A DNA stretch of 17,318 bases, from assembly GCA_938091905.1 (NCBI GenBank), contig CALKOM010000161.1, forward strand, positions 1 through 17,318. The letters are read 5' to 3'. The translations under genes were made by a program, and so were the position numbers. Shown here in pieces: positions 11,418 through 17,318 of this stretch. How positions within the stretch are numbered: position 1 is the first letter of the stretch; every line of letters begins with the position of its first letter. Under the pieces are notes generated by a model that was not told the DNA's origin, searched no databases, and worked only from the letters and a program-made list of their open reading frames with translations. This stretch comes from an uncultured Verrucomicrobiales bacterium (GTDB lineage Bacteria > Verrucomicrobiota > Verrucomicrobiia > Verrucomicrobiales > DEV007).

Positions 11418-11446
11418 TTGAACGAGGGCGTTCAGCATGGCATGAT
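11418..11446 (+). promoter_or_regulatory. Putative sigma70 promoter TTGAAC-N17-CATGAT with extended -10 TG, 9 nt before ATG 11456
   Basis: -35 at 11418-11423, TG at 11438-11439, -10 at 11441-11446. Confidence 0.45.
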
Positions 11447-11455
11447 TTGCTATCT

Positions 11456-13513
11456 ATGAAACGTTTCTGTCTTCTCTTCCTGGTCTTGCTTCTCGGTGTG
11501 TTGCCATTGGCTGGTGAACTTCGGGTGTTCCCTGAGGGCCAATTGCCGAAAGATCGTCGGTTGCAGCCGTTGAAAGATCTCAATGGGCATTTCCCCTTTG
11601 CCGTGCCCAACACTCTAAAAGCTTGGGAAACGCGTGCGGCTGAGGTGAGACAACGGGTGCGCGTGGCAACGGGTATGTGGCCGATGCCTGAGCGAACGCC
11701 TCTCAATGCGGTCATTCATGGCAAGGTCGAGCGGGAAGGTTTCACCGTGGAGAAGGTCTACTTTGAGAGTGTGCCAGGATTCTATGTGACTGGTTTGCTA
11801 TTCCGGCCTACGGAAGGTGCAGGGCCCTTTCCTGGGGTATTGAGCCCTCATGGTCATGGTGGCCGGTTGCAGGATCATGGCCCCGAGAAGATCCGCGATT
11901 ACATCGCGGACGGTGCTGAAAGGTTTGAGAGTTCTGGCAGGTTCCCAAAGGTAGCTCGCTGTGCCCAACTCGCGCGGATGGGTTGTGTGACCTTTCTCTA
12001 TGACATGATCGGGTATGCCGATAACCAGCAGCTTTCTCTGCACATTGGGCACCGGATTGTGGAGGCTCGGGCGGGGAATACATCAGAGAGCTGGGGGCTC
12101 TACAGCGCTCAGGCAGAGTCACGTCTGCAGAGTGTGCTTGGCCTGCAGATGTGGAATTCGGTGAGGGCTTTGGACTTTCTTGAGGGCCTGCCCGATGTCG
12201 ATTCGGAGCGATTGGCGGTGACAGGTGGGAGTGGAGGGGGGACCCAGACGATTCTGTTAGGCGCGCTCGATGAGCGCCCTGTAACGGCGTTCCCTCAGGG
12301 TATGGTGTCGACTGCGATGCAGGGCGGCTGCACCTGTGAAAACACGTCGCTACTTCGTATCGGTACTGGCAATGTGGAATTGGCGGCGCTGTTCGCGCCG
12401 CGACCTCAAGCGATGACGGCAGCCAACGATTGGACAAAGGCGATGATGACGGATGGCTATCCAGAGTTACAGAAAGTCTATCAGTTCTACAATGCCAAGG
12501 ATGCGGTCGATTGTACGGACCACACGCGTTTCCCGCACAACTACAACTATGTCAGTCGTGCGCTGATGTATGGTTGGTTCAATAAGCACTTAAAGCTCGG
12601 CCTAGAGGAACCGATCGTGGAGGCGGATTTCCCCATGCTGACCGCCGAAGAACACGCGGTGTGGGATGCTGATCATCCCAAGCCCGAGGGCGGCGAGGCC
12701 TTTGAGAAAGGTTTGATGAGACAGCTGGCAGCGAGTTCAGACAACCAAGTCGCCGCGATGTTAACGGATGATCTTCGTGCTGCATGGACAACACTCATCG
12801 GGCGCTCACTACCCAAACACGCAGAAATCGAAACGGACTCGTATCGGGTAGAGGCGCTTGATGATGGGCGTAGTGTTTCATTGGGCGTGGTGCGATCGAA
12901 TGCTCATGGTGAGGAGATTCCTGTCGCGGTGCATTTGTCCGAAGGCAGGAGGCGTCACTTTGCTCTCTGGGTTCACGGAGAGGGAAAGGCGGGTGTCGAC
13001 GATGGCGCTAGGAACGCGTTGCTGGACGGTGGTGTTACCGTGGTCACGCCTGATCTGTTTGGGCAGGGAGAGTTCGTTCAAGGTGAGGGGGCGTTCTCAC
13101 GGAATCGCAATGTGGAGAACAAGCGAGCCTTTGCTGGCTATACCTACGGCTACAACGACACGCTCTTTGCACAGCGCGTGCATGATGTCCTGACTGTCCT
13201 AGCGTCGATGACGGAGGAGGCTGACTCGATTACGCTGATTGGTTCTGGCGGCGCAGGACCAGTGGCCGCGGTGGCGGCTGCACTGGCTGGCGATGCGGTA
13301 AGCAACCTCGCGCTGGACACCGGCAACTTTCGCTTCGCGAAACTGACAGACTATCGCGATGTCAATTTCCTGCCGGGAGCTGTGAAATATGGTGATCTAC
13401 CCGCTGTGCTCAACCTTTGTTCTCCGAAAGCAACGTTTGTCAGGACAGCGAAAAAGCCTTCTGGCGATGAGGCGATTGTCGATTGGGTGAAGTGGGCGGT
13501 AGGGCAAGGCTAA
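11456..13513 (+). CDS. Secreted alpha/beta-hydrolase, acetylxylan-esterase-like, with a second C-terminal hydrolase-like domain (685 aa)
   Basis: Signal peptide MKRFCLLFLVLLLGVLPLAG, hence start 11456 rather than 11375. Motifs VEKVYFESVPG, PGVLSPHGH, YDMIGYAD, RALDFLEGLPDVDSERLAVTGGSGGG (nucleophile elbow), MQGGCTCEN, AALFAPRP, FPHNY. Second domain PDLFGQGE..QRVHDVL..LIGSGGAG. Substrate is not determinable from sequence. Confidence 0.85.
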   Translation: MKRFCLLFLVLLLGVLPLAGELRVFPEGQLPKDRRLQPLKDLNGHFPFAVPNTLKAWETRAAEVRQRVRVATGMWPMPERTPLNAVIHGKVEREGFTVEKVYFESVPGFYVTGLLFRPTEGAGPFPGVLSPHGHGGRLQDHGPEKIRDYIADGAERFESSGRFPKVARCAQLARMGCVTFLYDMIGYADNQQLSLHIGHRIVEARAGNTSESWGLYSAQAESRLQSVLGLQMWNSVRALDFLEGLPDVDSERLAVTGGSGGGTQTILLGALDERPVTAFPQGMVSTAMQGGCTCENTSLLRIGTGNVELAALFAPRPQAMTAANDWTKAMMTDGYPELQKVYQFYNAKDAVDCTDHTRFPHNYNYVSRALMYGWFNKHLKLGLEEPIVEADFPMLTAEEHAVWDADHPKPEGGEAFEKGLMRQLAASSDNQVAAMLTDDLRAAWTTLIGRSLPKHAEIETDSYRVEALDDGRSVSLGVVRSNAHGEEIPVAVHLSEGRRRHFALWVHGEGKAGVDDGARNALLDGGVTVVTPDLFGQGEFVQGEGAFSRNRNVENKRAFAGYTYGYNDTLFAQRVHDVLTVLASMTEEADSITLIGSGGAGPVAAVAAALAGDAVSNLALDTGNFRFAKLTDYRDVNFLPGAVKYGDLPAVLNLCSPKATFVRTAKKPSGDEAIVDWVKWAVGQG

Positions 13514-13604
13514 CCGCGATACTTGACCATGGCCCGAGGAATGCAGGGGTGAAATAAGGCGTTGTTAGAGGGTGGAGGCGTGTGACTTTGTCTCCTCTCG
13601 GGGG

Positions 13605-13646
13605 AATTACGCAGCCAAACGTGGTAATTACGCAGCCGAACGTGGT
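13605..13646. repeat. 21-bp tandem direct duplication
   Basis: AATTACGCAGCCAAACGTGGT (13605-13625) followed directly by AATTACGCAGCCGAACGTGGT (13626-13646); 1 mismatch. Confidence 0.9.
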
Positions 13647-13677
13647 GAGGGCAAGGGCGGTACTCAGCCTTTCATGT

Positions 13678-14691
13678 CTATTTCTTGAGAAGCCAAACGT
13701 TGCGGAAGCGCACAGGATTGCCGTGGTCTTGAAAGAAGACGGGACCATCCTCTGGACCCTCCTTGAGAGGAGACGCCGTCGTAGAATGGTCAGCGACGAT
13801 ATCCTTGTGAATGATGAACCCATTGTGGCGCACGGTAAGGCGAGCATCGGCAATCTTCTTGTCGGCATCGTTGTAACGTGCGGCCTTGAAATCGATGTCG
13901 TACGTTTGCCAGGTGAGGGGAGGTAAGCACAGATTCAGCAGAGGCTTGCCCACTGAGTAGATACCACCGCACTCATTCTGCTCGCCTGTGAGACCAAAGG
14001 AATCGAGGATCTGAATTTCGTAGCGCCCTTGTGCATAGAAACCGCTATTACCACGACCTTGACCGCGCGCCTTCGGTTTGTAGGGAGTTCGGAACTCGAG
14101 GTGAAGTTGGAAATCTTTGAAGTCTTCTTTGCTAGTGACGCCTTGCACAAGCAGATCTCCATCGAGCAGTTCTTTGCCTGGTTTTCCTTTCCATGCGTCA
14201 GCGTTGCTACCATCGAAGAGGACGACGGCTCCTTCTGGAGCCTTCTTGCCAAGGGTAGGACTCGTGCGTTCGATCCGCTTGAGTTGGCCGAAGGGTTTAT
14301 CGGCTCCTGGAGCCACCAGCTTCATGGCCCCGTTATCGATAACGACCTGGCTGCCATTGTCAGGATCAGACTTGAGGATGGTCTTGCCATCTTTCTCCGT
14401 CTGCCCACCACCCTTCATTGTTCTCTGCTTCTTGTCATTCCAACCGGCTCCGGGCAGGCCACCTTCGTAGGCAACAAAGTCGAATTTGCCGTCACCCAAG
14501 GCCACCACTTGCAGAGCCCATTTCCCGCCTTCAATGGTGCCGAGATACTCACCCTGCACCTTGAAATCCGGGTCGGAGACTTTGGCCGGATCAGTGAAGA
14601 CGGGGCCGCCTTTCTTCTCTTGGGCGAGAAGAGGGATGAGCGAACAAGCTGTGAGGCTGGTAATGAGAGAGAAGAGAAAGCGTCGATTCAT
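13678..14691 (-). CDS. Secreted DUF1080 (3-keto-disaccharide hydrolase-like) domain protein (337 aa)
   Basis: Signal peptide, then GAVVLFDGS, FKDFQLHLEFR, GRGNSGFY..YEIQILDS, CGGIY, WQTYDI, FQDHGNPVRFRNVWL. Confidence 0.92.
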   Translation of the reverse strand: MNRRFLFSLITSLTACSLIPLLAQEKKGGPVFTDPAKVSDPDFKVQGEYLGTIEGGKWALQVVALGDGKFDFVAYEGGLPGAGWNDKKQRTMKGGGQTEKDGKTILKSDPDNGSQVVIDNGAMKLVAPGADKPFGQLKRIERTSPTLGKKAPEGAVVLFDGSNADAWKGKPGKELLDGDLLVQGVTSKEDFKDFQLHLEFRTPYKPKARGQGRGNSGFYAQGRYEIQILDSFGLTGEQNECGGIYSVGKPLLNLCLPPLTWQTYDIDFKAARYNDADKKIADARLTVRHNGFIIHKDIVADHSTTASPLKEGPEDGPVFFQDHGNPVRFRNVWLLKK

Positions 14692-14719
14692 CTGAAGTAA
14701 GGTTTTGAGAGGGTAACAG

Positions 14720-17318
14720 TTATTCGGTTACAATGAGAACTTGGGTTGCTTTGCCTTTGGCCAGGTACTCTTTGGCGAGTGCGTTGATGTCGTCCACCGT
14801 AATCGATTCGAAATCAGAGGTCATGCTACGGGCCCAATCGAGTCTCTCGGGGTGCTTCTGACACTGAGACAGTACACTGGAGAGCCAGTAGCGATTGTTG
14901 CGCGTCTGCTCTTTCAGACTAGTAAGAATAGGCTTCAGCGAGCGGGTGAACTCGTCCGCATCCGTGCCTTTTTCCGACAGAGCTGTTCCGAGTTCGACGA
15001 TGCGATCGGCCACGAGCTGAGCCTTCTCCGTAGAACCAGGGCTCATGGCGAAGAGGGTGCCGTAGCCCAGGAAAGTGTCGCTTCCAACGTTGTGGGCGCC
15101 TGGGCTATAAGCTTCTCCAAGTTCTTCCCGAATCTTTGACCGGAGACGGTCGGCGAGAACGTTTGCCACGACCGAGAGTCGGCGCGCTTTCGTGATGTCA
15201 GATGGACGATCGGTGGTTGGCCAGTAGACAAGGACCATGGACTTGCCGAGTTTACTCTCGTAAGGGAAGAGCTTCTTCGATTCACCTGTAGGGAAGTTCA
15301 CTTTTCGATCTGCTTCGGCAATGTCGGTTGCAGCTGTGCGCGTCGGTAGGGCACCGAAGGTGCTTTGAAGCATCGGAATCACCTTGCTCGGCTCAAATTC
15401 ACCGACCATGCTAAATTCGAGTGGGGCGTTCTTGAGAGGCTCGTCGATCCACTGCTTGACGTCTGCTAGAGTGAGCTTCTCTATGTCGGCGATCTCCGGC
15501 ATGCCGAATCGCGTGTCACCGCCATGAACGAAGCGGTCTACCTTGGCTTGCATCACGCCGTTTGGGGTGGATGTGATCTGCTTGGCGATCATGGGATACA
15601 TCTTGCGAATGCGCTGCTCAGCTTCTTTGCGATAGCCAGGTGCGGTAAGGTAGGCACACATGAGTTGGAGCTGGTCTAACAAATCCTCTGGAGTAGTCTT
15701 GCCTGAGAGTTCGAAGTGCCCTTCATCAATACTGAACGATACGCTAACGTTCTTGCCAGCGAACAAGCGCTGAAGATCATCGGCACTGTGTTTCTCCAGG
15801 CCAGCAGCGTCGAAGGTGTATTGAGTGAGTAAATCGATTCCAGGCTTCTCCTTGGGCTGTGACAGTTTTCCGGCGCCGAAGATACCCGTTAGACGGATAG
15901 TATTGTCCTCGAAATCAGTGGGCTTCAAATTCACAGTCACGCCATTGGCGAAACTCAGTTGGGTGATGCCGAGGTCTTCGACGACCTTGCGATCTTTGAC
16001 TTGGCCCGGAGGGCCAATTTCGCGGTAGGCGAAGGCTTGCTCTGCTTCCTCTACGGGGGCTGCGACGGATTCTTGGCGACTTGCCAGGAAGGTCTGAGTG
16101 ACTTGGTCGGACGTGGGCGAATCTTTGAGATTGCCAGAGACCATGATGTGAATGGCCTCGCCACCCCACTGTTTCTTGAAGGCTTCCTGACACGCGTTCA
16201 CAGTGATCGTTTCCATGGCTTTCGAGGCGATTCGCAAGTCGTCTTGCGGGCTGGAGAAGACTGCCTTATCGCCAAAGGATGAGACAATGGCATTCGCAAT
16301 GGTTGGAGCTTTTTCCGTGGAGTACGTTTCCACGGCGCGTTCGTAGGCGTTGAGGAGCTCCGCTTTGGCTTCTTTGAGTTCCGCTTCGGTAAACCCATGC
16401 TGCACGGCGCGGCGAACTTCTTTGTCAACGGTGCCGAGAGTCCCCACCCACTGCTCAGGCTGGCAGCTCAGCTCTACGTTCGACATGTCTGCAAACTTAA
16501 AGAAGTCGCCCGAGTAAGCGCCGCCTGACGTGAATGGTGCATCTGGCTTCTTTGCTAGAATGGAAAAGCGACGGTTGATCATGGCGTTGGCCAAACGAAG
16601 CGGAAACTCAGCGATCCGGTTCGCTTCATTGTCAGGCTTGCTAGCAAAGGGCTGCAAGGCGGTAACAGAGACACCGACAGCGGAGGCTTCTGGTTCGATT
16701 TCAACACGCGCACGGATGCCGGTATTCGTTAGCTTGCCGAGTGCCGGTTCTACAGCCGCTTGATTGGCTGGTTTCATGTCGGCGAAGAGCGTTTTCACTT
16801 TGGTTTCGATTGCTGGACGGTCGATGTCCCCAACGACCACTAACACCATGCGATCCGGGCGGTAGAACGTCTGGTAGAAGTTTTTGAAGCGCTCTTGAGG
16901 TGCCTTTTCAATGACGTCTTCGACCCCGATGGGCATGCGCTTTGGGATAAGCGAATCTGGGAAGAGGAAATCGAGTTCGGCCTCCATGAGGCGGAAGCGG
17001 ATGGAATCCCGTCCTAACTTCTCTTTCATGATCACGCCGCGCTCGCGATCGATCTCTTCAGGATCTAACAGCATGCCGTCTGCCCAGTCGCGCATGATGG
17101 TGAGACCTTGATCGATGGTCTCTTCTTTCACATCAGGGAGATCAAGTTTGTAAACGGTTTCATCAAACGATGTGTGTGCGTTGATGTCAGGGCCAAATGC
17201 CATTCCCAGGCGTTGAAGAAACTCGACGATCTCGGTGCCTTTGAAATGGCTCGTGCCGTTGAAGGCCATGTGCTCCAAGAAGTGAGCAAGCCCACGCTGA
17301 TTGTCTTTCTCCATGAGG
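14720..17318 (-). CDS. M16 family zinc metalloprotease (PqqL-like, four-domain); 5' end outside the window
   Basis: LMEKDNQRGLAHFLEHMAFNG (inverted HxxEH zinc motif), INAHTSFDETVY, RERGVIMKE, FYRPDRM, second half FANGVTVNLK..KIREELGEAYS. The Met at 17314 is internal because the frame stays open to the window edge. Confidence 0.93.
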   Translation of the reverse strand, partial: LMEKDNQRGLAHFLEHMAFNGTSHFKGTEIVEFLQRLGMAFGPDINAHTSFDETVYKLDLPDVKEETIDQGLTIMRDWADGMLLDPEEIDRERGVIMKEKLGRDSIRFRLMEAELDFLFPDSLIPKRMPIGVEDVIEKAPQERFKNFYQTFYRPDRMVLVVVGDIDRPAIETKVKTLFADMKPANQAAVEPALGKLTNTGIRARVEIEPEASAVGVSVTALQPFASKPDNEANRIAEFPLRLANAMINRRFSILAKKPDAPFTSGGAYSGDFFKFADMSNVELSCQPEQWVGTLGTVDKEVRRAVQHGFTEAELKEAKAELLNAYERAVETYSTEKAPTIANAIVSSFGDKAVFSSPQDDLRIASKAMETITVNACQEAFKKQWGGEAIHIMVSGNLKDSPTSDQVTQTFLASRQESVAAPVEEAEQAFAYREIGPPGQVKDRKVVEDLGITQLSFANGVTVNLKPTDFEDNTIRLTGIFGAGKLSQPKEKPGIDLLTQYTFDAAGLEKHSADDLQRLFAGKNVSVSFSIDEGHFELSGKTTPEDLLDQLQLMCAYLTAPGYRKEAEQRIRKMYPMIAKQITSTPNGVMQAKVDRFVHGGDTRFGMPEIADIEKLTLADVKQWIDEPLKNAPLEFSMVGEFEPSKVIPMLQSTFGALPTRTAATDIAEADRKVNFPTGESKKLFPYESKLGKSMVLVYWPTTDRPSDITKARRLSVVANVLADRLRSKIREELGEAYSPGAHNVGSDTFLGYGTLFAMSPGSTEKAQLVADRIVELGTALSEKGTDADEFTRSLKPILTSLKEQTRNNRYWLSSVLSQCQKHPERLDWARSMTSDFESITVDDINALAKEYLAKGKATQVLIVTE

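Noticed and set aside
13605..13646. Possible mini-CRISPR
   Set aside because: Only two units, with no spacer between them and no cas genes.
13582..14700. Plus-strand ORFs 13582..13926 and 14029..14700, and minus-strand ORF 13440..13868 with a TTFGCVI repeat
   Set aside because: They are antisense or alternate-frame shadows of the DUF1080 gene. The peptide repeat merely reflects the 21-bp duplication.

Overview
About 17.3 kb of ordinary-looking chromosomal DNA, probably from a PVC-superphylum bacterium and most likely Verrucomicrobiota. That call is an inference from the PVC-type CxxCH protein, DUF1080 protein, PEP-CTERM remnant and PVC-style esterase and oxidoreductase. There are 11 CDSs, two of them truncated by the window edges. 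In order: a >1082-aa PVC-type heme-binding dehydrogenase-like protein that the ORF track missed (minus, 3248 to <1); an SGNH-fold protein with altered catalytic residues; a hypothetical lipoprotein; a LysM protein; oligopeptidase A (M3A); a CPA1 Na+/H+ antiporter; a Gfo/Idh/MocA oxidoreductase; a VF530 protein; a two-domain alpha/beta-hydrolase (acetylxylan-esterase-like); a DUF1080 protein; and an M16 zinc protease. I saw no rRNA, tRNA, CRISPR array, transposase or phage gene. The most interesting observations are: (1) the SGNH pseudo-enzyme in frame with the heme dehydrogenase gene and separated from it by one stop codon; (2) a ~197-bp element with terminal inverted repeats after prlC; (3) an orphan, stop-interrupted PEP-CTERM tail after the antiporter; (4) -10 boxes 6-9 nt upstream of start codons, suggesting leaderless mRNAs; (5) a 21-bp tandem duplication. 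None is proven to be a new system.
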